DNA from: Nemertoderma westbladi
Taxonomy: Eukaryota > Animalia > Xenacoelomorpha
NCBI GenBank assembly: GCA_032718475.1
Contig: JAUCBJ010001423.1
Span: 1 to 52,000, forward strand
DNA: 52,000 nucleotides
Direction of reading: 5' to 3'
Part shown: one piece after another, positions 35,880 to 47,445 of the stretch
How positions within the stretch are numbered: position 1 is the first letter of the stretch
How the letters are laid out: the number at the start of each line of letters is the position of its first letter
Program-made: the position numbers and the translations under genes
The notes under the pieces: model-generated
Told to the model about the DNA's origin: nothing
What the model saw: the letters and a program-made list of their open reading frames with translations, nothing else
Databases searched by the model: none

Positions 35880-36402
35880 CAGATACCACGATAGTTTGTT
35901 GGTATACCGAGGTCTCCTTTCTTTGGGAGAGGCTTTAGTTGACCTTTAGTACAAATTGGTGGTGGCTTTTCCCCTTTTAACATCCGGTTGCAAACATTCA
36001 ATAATGGTCTGTTAGCACTCCGGTTTTCCATACCTCCGCTGGGATTTCATCTATTCCACTCGCTTTATTATTGGACATACTTTTAATACTTCTTTGGAGT
36101 TCGGCAGGTGCCTAGTTGTTTAGCTTTCTCAACCTTGTTGCTTTGGAGTTCGGCAGGTGCATAGTTGTTTAGCTTTCTCAACCTTGTTGATGTTTTCGGC
36201 TGTTGGTTGTTCAGTTTTTACTTTGGAGTAGGAGTATCTTAACATCTTCTCTCTTGCGATTTTGAACTTCTACTGTGTGAGCTTCCTTTACTGCATTGTC
36301 AGTTCTGAGTTTCTCCCAGTTATAGTTGATTTGCTTGCTTGTCCTGAGTTTACTGGCTCTCAAACTGAGTCTGAGCTCTGCAGTCTGGTCTGGTCCGAAC
36401 AA
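35880..36402 (-). pseudogene. Decayed RTE-like LINE ORF2 fragment
   Basis: The minus strand encodes LRLSLR...YNWEKL, NNKASGIDEIPAEVWK and LPKKGDL, with indels. Confidence 0.65.
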
Positions 36403-36503
36403 ATTAGGTTGAACGACTACTGTACTTTATGTTGTACTTAACTGTACTCAAATTAGGTTGACTACTGTATGCCTCGCAGTTAAATGTCCATCCTTACTCT
36501 TTT

Positions 36504-37053
36504 TGTTAGCTTATCCAATTCCGCTAACATGAACCCACAAAGTAAGCCGTTGAGCAATATTGGGAGCACGAGGTTGATTACCAATCAACCTCGTGTCAGC
36601 CCAGTAAACGGGGACAATAGGCCCCAAAGGAGACACACACAATAAGGGTCAGGGGCCAAACCCCTAACAGAGAGAGAACAACAGGGGCAACGGGAAACAC
36701 ACCAGGGAAGGTGAAAGGGCGAGAAGTGGGATATTAGCCAATGGGGGGACAGCATCGACTAGGTACAGTAATATGGCCAACTGTGCAGTACATATATTAC
36801 CTGTTGGTGCTTCCCTATTCAGTTTAGTTTACTCAGTCAGATCAGTAGGGTGGAACGGGGACTTCTGTCACCGTCCGCTACCGCCATCATACTTATATTA
36901 CCTGTAACCGTGTCATACTATACTGTGCTATATCAGACTATTATACCTTTATACATATTACCGAACATCAGAACTCTTTTACCTTTCACACACGGCGGGG
37001 ACGCGTGGATAGAAAACCCAACGGATAAACCGGGATCCGTAGATCCCGTCACA
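36504..37053 (+). repeat. 5' LTR
   Basis: TGTTAGC...GTCACA. Differs from the 3' LTR by only a small indel region and about one substitution that I could see. Confidence 0.95.
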
Positions 37054-37124
37054 GTGACAGAATCAGATCCACCCAGCTGCCCTGACAGTGATAGAATCCT
37101 AGCAGCTGCCCTAACAGTCTGACA

Positions 37125-40100
37125 GTGATAGAACTAGATCCAACCAACTCGACAGACTGTGGCTGCCAGCCACCAAAGACGAAGATGAGTCGAGAGAAAG
37201 GAACGACACCGCCGCGGACCCCGGACGACGATCTAACGATCCGCGAGGCCACGGCGAGACGATACGAACCCACGACGCCGGTCGATGCTACGCCGACCAC
37301 GTCGACGCACGTTGACGCCACGTCGATAACGAGCGACCCGGCGAACCAAGATGTGGGGGGTCGTCTACAAAGAGAAATCGAGTCGGGAGGAGAAGAGGAA
37401 GACGAGTCGACGCGGAGCGAGGGTCGACGTACCGATGTCACCGGTCAGCCACAGGCCGAGGACGACGGACGGTCCACCGGAACGGCGACGGTGGGGCCGT
37501 CGGTACGACGTCGGACCCGGAGAGATGGAGGAGAGGTCGGCGACGAGGACGTCGGGGTTTCTGATCGACTTCGACGGGCCTACAACGCGACCCGGGAACT
37601 ACTAAAGGAGGCCAAGGAGGGGGCGAGGATAGACGAGGTCAAGATGACAAAAGGACTAGGTGAGTCGAACAGATACTTTGATCACCTAGTGTGTTCTGGG
37701 CAGAGAGAACTAGCCGAGGAGAGAGCGAGGGGGGTTGCCAACGAACTGATTGAACTATGGGAATGTGGGGGTATGGAACCTAGCGTAGTGTACGTAGGGC
37801 CATACTTAGTCGATGCCCGGGGAGTAAAATTAGTGGGTTGGAAGAGACCTGAGGAGGGCGAATCCGAGGTTAAACCCGAGGATTCGGTCTCGTCGGTCGG
37901 AGGAAGTTCCGGGAGGCGGGGGAAAGTTAATAGGACGGAGGGGCGGCGGGAGTCCGTCGCAACCGATAAGTCTGCTACATCCTCCGCAAAAGAAAGAAGG
38001 GTGCGGGAGATAAATCTGACGTATAAAATAGAAATGGCGGCGAATAAGCAGAATGAGTTAGAGTGGCAATTGAGAGAGAAAACCGCATTCTTGGAGGGAG
38101 AAGTAGGAGAGTTGGCGAGGGATGTAGAGAGAGCCGAGGGGTGTAGAGAGGAGTCGAGGAGTGTATAGAGCGGGAGATGAGAGTAGGGGACGAGCCGGCG
38201 ACGTGGCTTGAGATAATTGCGAGAGTTGAGTTGTTCGAGCAGGGTAACCGAGAGAGTGAGATAGAGGCAGAGCGTGAGCGGGATGATTTGCGTGCCCAGC
38301 TAAGGGGGCTTGCGCAATATCAAGCCAAACTAAACCAGCGCCGACTAGAACTGGCGCGGTTGGAACTATCAGAGAGTGAGACCCCACTTACAGGCACCGG
38401 GCGAGAGAACCAGAACTGGTGTAGCCGTACGGGCGGGGGGGGGGGGGGGTAATAGTAGTACGTTAGAAATAGTTAATATTAATAGTACCGTAGTAGATAA
38501 CCCTAATCCCTTTATTACAGGAAATAATATTTTACCGGGTAGTAGTAATTTAAATTTAAATACAAATACTCTAAATAATAATTTCAATTCAAACCCGCAA
38601 AATAATTCGAATAATAATTTAAGTTTAGAGAATAGTAGTGATCTAAGTAATTTAAATAATTTAAATAATAATCCCGTTTCAAATTCTAATAATTTAATTG
38701 ATTTAACAAATAATATTGGGAATGGTGCTATTAATATGAGCGTGTCGGACGTACATAACCCGGCAGACGGGGGCCTGGTAGGCCACGTACTTAGTAGGCA
38801 GGAGGTGGCGGGGTTGAGCCAACCCGACGGCGGCCTGGTAGGCCACGTAGTTGGTAGGCAGGAGGTAGCGGGGTTGAGCCAACCCGAAGTGGGCCTGGTG
38901 GGCCACGCAGTAGTAGAGAGAGAGGCGGGGGTGAATAGACCCAGCCGTAGTAAAGACAGTGCGTCGACTAGAGAGGGGTGTAGAGACGAAGTAAGAGATA
39001 GTGAAGTTAGATGTGGCGAGTGGGGGGGGGGCTACGAGCGCCCCACCACATAAGATTAGTGGCGAGAGAGGGGGGGCAGAGAATGCCCCACAAGAGGGGT
39101 GTAGAAGTGTAGCAAGAGGTAGTGAAGTTAGAAGTGGCGAGTGGGGGGGGGGGGCTACAGGAGCCCCACCACGAAAGATTAGTGGCGAGAGAAGGGGGGT
39201 AGAGAATGTCCGACAAGAGGGACGCAGAAGTGTAGTAAGAGATAGTGAAGTTAGAAGTGGCGGGTGGGGGGGGCTATGGGCACCCCACCGCGAGAGATTA
39301 GTAGAGAGAGAGGGGGGGCAGAGAGTGTCCCACAGCCGTCAGCGGATAATGCGCGGGCCGAATCAGGTAAACCGCAACACCCGGCGACGGAGAGTAATAG
39401 GGGGATTGCGAGTATCCCCAGCGGCGTGCGATCGAGTAGAGAGAGGCAGGTTGGCGTCGCGAGAGGGCAGACGAAGCGTCGAGCCCGATTAGAAGAGGGA
39501 AGAAGAAGAGTGGAGTTTAACCGGGAGGTCGACGAGAGATCTCATGAGCCGGAATACTGCACTGAAAAGAGAAGAAGAGGAGATAGTAGAAAAGGTGTCG
39601 CCACGAACGATAGGAGTGCGAGGACAGATAACGGACCGTCGATAGTAGAGATGGAGTCAGGGAGCCAGTGGGGTCGAACTTCGGGAGATTGCCGTCGCCC
39701 CGGAGAAATGCACCGCACACCAAGAGAGGGGTACAAGACGTACCAATACAGAGTCGAGAACAGGAGAGGGGATCGGAGAGAAGCTTCCCGACGGGACATA
39801 GCTGCCGATCGAGAGTACGGTAGTCGCCGGGAGATTAGAGATTCGCGAAGAATAAACTTCGGTTCGGAAGGGCACATGCAGACTGCAGGACATACTGTAG
39901 GCCTTACTGCACATACTGTTATAGGCCATGCTGGGAGAGATAGAGTAGGCGATGGGGTAGCGCGAACGACGGGATTAAACCCGGAAGTCGCGGAGTACAT
40001 ACCGGTAGGTAGGCGAGAAGTGGGTAGGCCTATATCGGTACAGCAGCATGACTATAATACACAGGGACATAACATATATCCAGGGGAGGGGAGAGTTATT

Positions 40101-40178
40101 GGAGATAGATGTATGGTCCCCAATATATTAACATCAACCCCAGTACAAAACATACCGGCCGGGGGGGGGACAGGGTGA
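37125..40178 (+). pseudogene. Long gag-like reading frame broken into about 5 pieces
   Basis: Successive overlapping ORFs, most joined at G-runs. VKPEDSVSSVG followed by an S/R-rich stretch and coiled coil, and LNPEVAEYIP, recall BEL/Pao gag N-termini. Internal 60-bp and ~122-bp repeats. Confidence 0.55.
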
Positions 40179-41094
40179 CATTCCCCCATCACAATATCGA
40201 CAATATACCCCGATAGGAGCAAGAACATCGAACTCCCTGGACGAGAACAGGTCGTGCGGACAGTCACTACCACACGGAGCTATACAGGGGACTGCTAGTC
40301 CACAGTTAGCTGGTAGCAGGGCCACACCGTGGCGGGGACAGGAAGAAAATAACACCAAAAATAAACACAATCCCAATATACCCAGTAGGCCGAGTCTAGA
40401 CAATCGAAACATTAAATCGGTACATATAAACCTAAGCGCGATACGTGAAGGACTATACAGGAAACGCTATAATCCAGGATTCCAATGTCTATTACATCGG
40501 GACGGAACCCATAAGACCAGGAGTTGCAAGTACTGGCAAGCGTTGCCCAAACGAGATCGTGTAGCCTACACAGACGCAAACGGACTGTGTGGTAAAAGGA
40601 CACAGATCCGGAGAGTGTTGGAAAGGGAGAGGATGTGAAAGGACTAGGGGCAGAGAAGCCCATGAGCAAACATAAAGGAGTCGGGAAAGTAGAAGGAGGC
40701 GTGTTGCATACACACGCAGGACTGACACAGTGCGAGGGGGCATTACATGGGCAGACACCGCGTATACCGAGGGACGAGCGGGGGTCGTCGAGGGCTTTAA
40801 TGCCAACGCACATACGAAGGGGGAGGCTAGCGGAGGTAGTGTCGAAGAGAGTGTGGCGAAGAGTTAGAGGGCGTATAGGAGGGCAGCAGGAGAGTGCCTA
40901 CTGGAAGAAGGGGCACGTGAGAGTTTTTAGTCGTCCAAAGTTTTGGACTGAGGGGGGTGGGAATGAGGGCGAGACGCCCTTCCCACGCATAAAATATAAA
41001 ATAATTATTTAATTAAAATTAATGAAAATAATTAAATAATAGAGTAGGTAGAAGTTAGGTAGTAAGAGTTAGTTAGTTAGCTAGTTAGTTAAAG

Positions 41095-41635
41095 GGTGGT
41101 ACGTAGTACCGATAGTTAGTTAGAGGGTTAGAGGGTACGTAAGTACCGCTAGTTAGTTAGAGAGTTAGAGGGTACGTAAGTACCGCTAGTTAGTTAGAGT
41201 TAGAGGGTACGTAGTACCGCTAGTTAGTTAGAGAGTTAGAGGGTACGTAAGTACCGTTAGTCAGTTAGAGAGTTAGAGGGTACGTAAGTACTGCTAGTTA
41301 GTTAGAGTTAGAGGGTACGTAGTACCGCTAGTTAGTTAGAGAGTTAGAGGGTACGTAAGTACCGTTAGTCAGTTAGAGAGCTAGAGGGTACGTAAGTACC
41401 GCTAGTTAGTTAGAGAGTTAGAGGGTACGTAGTACCGCTAGTTGGTTAGAGAGTTAGAGGGTACGTAGTACCGCTAGTTAGTTGGAGAGTTAGAGGGTAC
41501 GTAGTACCGCTAGTTAGTTAGAGAGTTAGAGGGTACGTATTTACCGCTAGTTAGTTAGAGAGTTAGAGGGTACGTAGTACCGCTAGCTAGTAGAGAGAGC
41601 TAGAGTAGTAAGAGGGTACGTAGTACCGCTAGTTA
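41095..41635 (+). repeat. 34-37-bp tandem array, about 15 copies
   Basis: Unit TAGTTAGTTAGAGAGTTAGAGGGTACGTA(A)GTACCGC. Confidence 0.95.
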
Positions 41636-42099
41636 GGAGTGTTAGTAGAGCAGTAGAGGGTTGTGGGCACCATAAGCGCCACGTAGATGGAAGTAGCAGT
41701 AGAGGTTGTGGGCACCGTAAGCGCCACGTAGTTAGAGTTAGTAGGGAATGCGCTGAACTTAGTGGGGCACGGGCGTGATGATGTGTTTGATGTAAGAGCA
41801 GGGTATGTTAATTAGGGTGGGTGTCGGGCACAAAAAGAGTTAGTAGAGTTAGAAGGTGCCGGGCACAAGAGGTGCCGGGCACAAAAAGAGTTAGTAAGAG
41901 TTAGTAGTAGAGTTAGTTGAGTCAGTAGTAGAGTTAGTTGAGTTAGTAGAGAGTTAGTAGAGTTAGTAGAGAGTTAGTAGAGTTAGTAAGAGTTAGTAGT
42001 AGTTCACATAATTAACGTACCCACTCTGCCGGCATTCAGAGCGTCACGTGCAGGCGAGTGGATGTAAAGGAAGTAAGTTAGAGATAGAGTAGAGTAGTA

Positions 42100-42482
42100 G
42101 AGAGGGCACATAGGGTGCCAGGTAGTAGAGTAGAGTGTTAGAGGTAGCAGAGAGGGCACATAGGGTGCCAGAGAGTAGAATAGTAGAGACGGGCACATAG
42201 GGTGCCAGGTAGTAGAGTTAGAGAGTTAGAGATAGAGTAGAGTAGTAGAGACGGGCACATAGGGTGCCAGGTAGTAGAGTTAGAAAGTTAGAGATAGAGT
42301 AGAGTAGTAGAGAGGGCACATAGGGTGCCAGGTAGTAGAGTTAGAGAGGTAGTAGTGTAGTAGAGAGGGCACATAGGGTGCCAGGTAGTAGAGTAGAACA
42401 GAGAGGGCACATAGGGTGCCAGGTAGTAGAGCTAGAGAGGTAGTTGAGTAGTAGAAGGGCACATAGGGTGCCAGATAGTAGA
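42100..42482 (+). repeat. Array of 8 invariant GGGCACATAGGGTGCCA cores with variable purine-rich linkers
   Basis: Cores at about 42104, 42154, 42191, 42253, 42314, 42367, 42405 and 42457. Confidence 0.92.
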
Positions 42483-43176
42483 GTGGTTGTGGGCACCACA
42501 AGCGCCACGTAGTTAGAAGAGTGGGTAGAGTTAGGGAGTTCTAGTTAAAGGGCTAGAGAGTTGGTAGACTTAGATGAGTCAAGTAGAGTTAGTAGAAGTA
42601 GAGAGTTAGTAGGAGTTAGTTAGACTTCGTAGTGCTAGTTAGAGTCGGAGAGTTAGTAGAAAGTTAGAGGCTCTCAGTTAGAGCTAGAAGTAGTAAGAGT
42701 TAGTAGTTAGTAGAGTTAGATAGTTAGAGTTAGTAAGCAGTAGGTAGATGGTATGATAGCACAGGGGTAGCATTAGAGATTAGGGCCTTAGGGAGGGCAA
42801 GAGAGATAGCGAGAGGTGGTATGGAGATAGTGTGGAGAGAGTGTGGGCGCAATTCAAGCGCGGGGGGGGGGGGGGGAGAAGTGAGAGGAAGAGTGAGGGA
42901 CAGGGAAGTCCAAGAGTTAGAGCAAGAGAGGAGAGGAAGAGTAGAGTCAGGGCGAAAGTGTTGGGGAAACAAAAGTTGTGTGAGAGAAGCGCACGATCGG
43001 CCCGACACGAAACGCCAGAGGGTAGCAATATCATACCCATAGGGAGCGGCCCGGAAAGGCGGCTCCGAAGAAAATAACCCACCCCACACCCGATACTAGA
43101 TCGGGATCCAGCGGAATTGTAGCGCACTTTTTGGTGGATGCTATCTTCTCACCGGGAAGATAGCATGGGGGGGGAG

Positions 43177-43729
43177 TGTTAGCTTATCCAATTCCGCTAA
43201 CATGAACCCACAAAGTAAGCCGTTGAGCAATATTGGGAGCACGAGGTTGATTACCAATCAACCTCGTGTCAGCCCAGTAAACGGGGACAATAGGCCCCAA
43301 AGGAGACACACACAATAAGGGTCAGGGGCCAAACCCCTAACAGAGAGAGAACAACAGGGGCAACGGGAAACACACCAGGGAAGGTGAAAGGGCGAGAAGT
43401 GGGATATTAGCCAATGGGGGGACAGCATCGACTAGGTACAGTAATATGGCCAACTGTGCAGTACATATATTACCTGTTGGTGCTTCCCTATTCAGTTTAG
43501 TTTACTCAGTCAGATCAGTAGGGTGGAACGGGGACTTCTGTCACCGTCCGCTACCGCCATCATATATTACCTATTACCTGTAACCGTGTCATACTATACT
43601 GTGCTATATCAGACTATTATACCTTTATACATATTACCGAACATCAGAACTCTTTTACCTTTCACACACGGCGGGGACGCGTAGATAGAAAACCCAACGG
43701 ATAAACCGGGATCCGTAGATCCCGTCACA
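43177..43729 (+). repeat. 3' LTR
   Basis: Direct repeat of 36504-37053, preceded by the PPT. Confidence 0.95.
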
Positions 43730-45673
43730 CTTTTCGAATGTGGTGTTTGTAGGTATCAATGACTTTATAAGCCCTTTCAAATCTTCTAGTCCTTGACTGT
43801 TTGTTCTGTCTCTGATGCATTGTTGGTTGGACTGTAGCAACACATTGCTGTTGTCTTGTGATTCCCACCAAAAATGTTGTACTTATATTAGTTTATGATC
43901 CTGGAATTTGGAATTCTTGGAATTACCTGTTGAATTACTGGGAACAAACCTTGGGATACGAGTAGCACCAGTCATACCTTCGGGTAGCAGCTACTGAAGA
44001 GGGAGACAGAAGCATGTTACAGTGGCACGTTATTCTAACCAAAATAATAAACGAAAGTCAATAGAACAGGTTATAGTTTTATTTTTGGGAGTAACCAGCT
44101 GTTATTTGCGTCGATTTTTCACTGGAGAGGGATGAATTTTGATTGCGACTAAAGGCCCTCCCAATCTTCGAAGAGATGCCTTCAGTCCGACTGTTTGATT
44201 GGCTTTTTTTACTATTGTATAATGCAGATATTGATATATTATTCGAATTCCTAGAACTTTTAATTCCTGCAAAGCTAACCTAGCATTGCGAATTATCTTG
44301 CACAAAATATAATGAAAGTATTATTTATTTCAGATGTAAAATTTAGAATTAAAGGAAACTGCAGCAGTCAAGAATGAATATAAGAAGAGCGGGCTCGCAA
44401 GTATTATTCTGGAGAGCGGCTGTAGATAATATGCAGCCGGCAGCCGCCACTATAGCCTACAAACTTTGGGTGGATGTGGGAGCAATTTGTAAATTGGGCT
44501 TTCAATTTTTATTGCAAGTGTGCGAACAAGGACTGTGATAACGTGTTAATAAATATATTATCAAACATTCAACTAAAAGTAATTACTGCAAATGCAGAAG
44601 TTGTTTCATCGACATTCCTTCACCTTTCATTTCACGGTCCACTGGTAATACCGAACATCACCTTACAGAAACAACATCTCAGTTTGGGTAACCACTGCTA
44701 CTTCGAAAAGGATAAACCTGCGCCATTCTGTCCATAAATGCGTCGGCCACAAAGTCCACATTCGAATTAACATATTTCCAACATATTTTCCACCAGTTCT
44801 TGAGGATACATGTCTAGCGAGAGTTAGGGTGCTGACAGCATATATTCCTGACAGACAGTCGGTGCATTACTTGGCCACAGTGATGAGCTCCGGAGCTCAT
44901 CACTCATCACTCCAAATTGCACACCGAGCCTTGTATGTATTACAAGTTCACTACCAGTAACAGTGTTTGCCATAACACTGCAATGTTACAAAATTTGTAA
45001 CTCATAACTGCAAACATAATACTTATTCCTTACATTTTTATTTTCTCGAGCTTGGTTTCTCCTTATTTATGATTGACCAGTGTCTAAATAGATAAATATA
45101 CCACTGCGTGTTAATTCATTATTGTTGCTATGTAAAACATCTGTCGTTAAGATAAATAGTGTTCTAGAAAAAATTGCTCAATGCGGACTATGTGAAATAT
45201 AACATAATTTAAAATGGTTTATACAAGTTAACACTTTCAGCAAAAAAAACTGCAGTCATACCCAATTTGAACGGTGGTCGGTACTGTATACTCGACTAAA
45301 TCTACAATTCCACTAAATAAAAGTTTCCTTGATTTTTATATAATATATTCTAGAACATAGTTATCTACATTCATCGAATATAATATTTTTTATGGTAGTT
45401 ACTATTTTTAAAATACTAGCTATTAAAAAATAATATTACTAACAAATAATAAATATCAATATTTTATTTTATGAATAAAGTGTCGGTAGCTATCATTAAA
45501 AACCTAGATACATCAATTTCAATAAGTAAATAATTATTTGTGTTGATCACCCTGGAGATGGGTGAAATTGATTGCGTCGTTTATATTTAATATTCAGAAT
45601 TTATATTTCATCTTATTATGAGTTCACTTCAACAATAAATATTTTTCAAAATTCATGTGATGTGGTGATTTGA

Positions 45674-46166
45674 ATGGATGATTTAAAACGGATGAAATTT
45701 TCTCAGATAGGCATTCACGCTTCTAATATTAAAGACGTTGTTTGCATTTATGAAATAATCCATTTGGAAGCAATGCAAACCGGCATCATAAATATCACAA
45801 TTAATTTGATTACAATTTTTCGTAATGGATCGAAAATACCGTTGTACAATTTTAATTACTTCAACAGAAATTTTGTTGGTTTCTCAAAGATTAGAAAGAA
45901 ATCTGTTCTTTGTAGACTGCTAGGGGGCGTAAAATTATACTAAGATGTATGTAAAATATTATAATGAGTTTATAAAGTTTATTATTGAGAACCGTTACGT
46001 GAATAAAGTTGATTATTTTGACGCACATGTTGTAAAGAGTTCCATATTGATACGGTATCAGAGCAGAAAATGTTACGAAGATCTCCTCCGCTTACTTCCA
46101 CAACTCCCCAGTTTGTCTTATTTAAAAAGTGTCACCAAAGGCGATGTCGATATGTATAAGGCGATT
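45674..46166 (+). pseudogene. Possible decayed P-element/THAP9-type transposase fragment
   Basis: SILIRYQSRKCYEDLLRLLPQLPSLSYLKSVTKGDVD resembles the 'S..AY..L...LPS...L' helix-turn-helix region of P-element transposases (recognised by eye only). Confidence 0.42.
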
Positions 46167-47445
46167 AGGGCTCGTTCACATATAACGCAAAACATGGGAA
46201 TTTTTGACCACCACCCCACCCTAATAACTACCGGTACATTATGACAAGAACATAAACTACCCACCCCAACGCGGGATAAACCACCCATAATATTTAACAT
46301 TGGTTCAAATATTAATTCACTTTCATTATTAGACGGCTGAACGGTAGAAATAGGTCAAAAAGGGCCTTAACCTGGAAAAAATTAGACCAAGCTGAACAAC
46401 CTGTAGGCCTACCGAATTCCATGAGATTGGACTCGCACCAAGTATTGCTGTTATTTTTGTCTAAATTGCTTCGATATTTTTTCATAATTTTGGACACAAT
46501 ATACCCAGAATTTATCACTCTCCCCTGTCAAATATACAAATTTGTAAATTTTAAATGGCTAGTCACTTGGGTTTTTTATCTTGTTTTCACTATTTTATGT
46601 TTAATTTTCAGGATTTGTTTCTTAATCTATTTAATGACTGAAGAGCCAATATCAGGGCCATTGATGGAGATTGGCGATTCTGGAGTCGGGGAATATTCGG
46701 TCGACAATCGTTATAAATAATAATATAAATAATATAAAAGTAATAATAACATAATACTGTAATAAGTACCAGATAGTAATAAACAGTACGGTATTATATA
46801 AAGTGATAATATAAAATACCTAATAATAATATGCAGACCTATAATTGCAAATTGCATAATATGCAGACCTGTAATTATAAAATAATGAAATTTGTTGTGA
46901 ATTTAAACAAATTATAAAATAATACATAGAAACTACTGCGTAGAACGCCACCTCAACCTGATAACGAAAGACTTCTAAAGGACATAATTGAAAAACTAAT
47001 ACGGTGTAAACGCTACAGTACGCTGACAACCAACGCTGACAACCATTATTAAAGCTAATTAATGTTATTTATTAATTGAGGGAAAGGAACAGGTTACAGT
47101 GGAAGGTTATTCTATAACCAAAACAATAAACGTGAGTCACGAACTCAGGTTACATTTTCATATTTGCTGTTGTCGGCAGTGGTTGTCGGTTGTCGGCGTA
47201 GCGTTTACACCCAAACTAATACCAGAAATAGATTCTCCATAATTTTTTACCCCAGAATGTGTGTGTTTATCATTCATTCAAACTGGTCACCGGTAACATA
47301 AAACAACATGACCTTAGCTAGCGAAGACTGGATTTACCGCGTGCCAGTCCTTGCTTCAGTAGTCCTTGGTCTGACTGTAGACTAGATTTGATTTAGGCCT
47401 ACTTACAACAGTTCAGTAACGGTAGTGACACCCCCGTTCCCCGTT

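Larger units (their letters stand above)
36504..43729 (+). mobile_element. Non-autonomous LTR retrotransposon (BEL/Pao-like gag features; no pol)
   Basis: Two ~550-bp TG...CA LTRs, 5-bp TSD CTTTT (36499-503, 43730-34), G-rich PPT ending at 43176. Confidence 0.93.
24286..45710 (+). repeat. Segmental duplication, copy B (expanded by insertions, including 33620-45300)
   Basis: Blocks collinear with copy A, as listed for copy A. Confidence 0.9.

Noticed and set aside
42100-42482. CRISPR-like repeat/spacer pattern
   Set aside because: The spacers are low-complexity AGT/AGAG variants of one another and lie inside an LTR element.
40180-43140. pol or env gene of the LTR element
   Set aside because: No protease, YxDD, RNase H, integrase or transmembrane-glycoprotein signatures in any frame.
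44300-44900. Possible coding remnant on either strand
   Set aside because: No recognisable motif and frequent stops.
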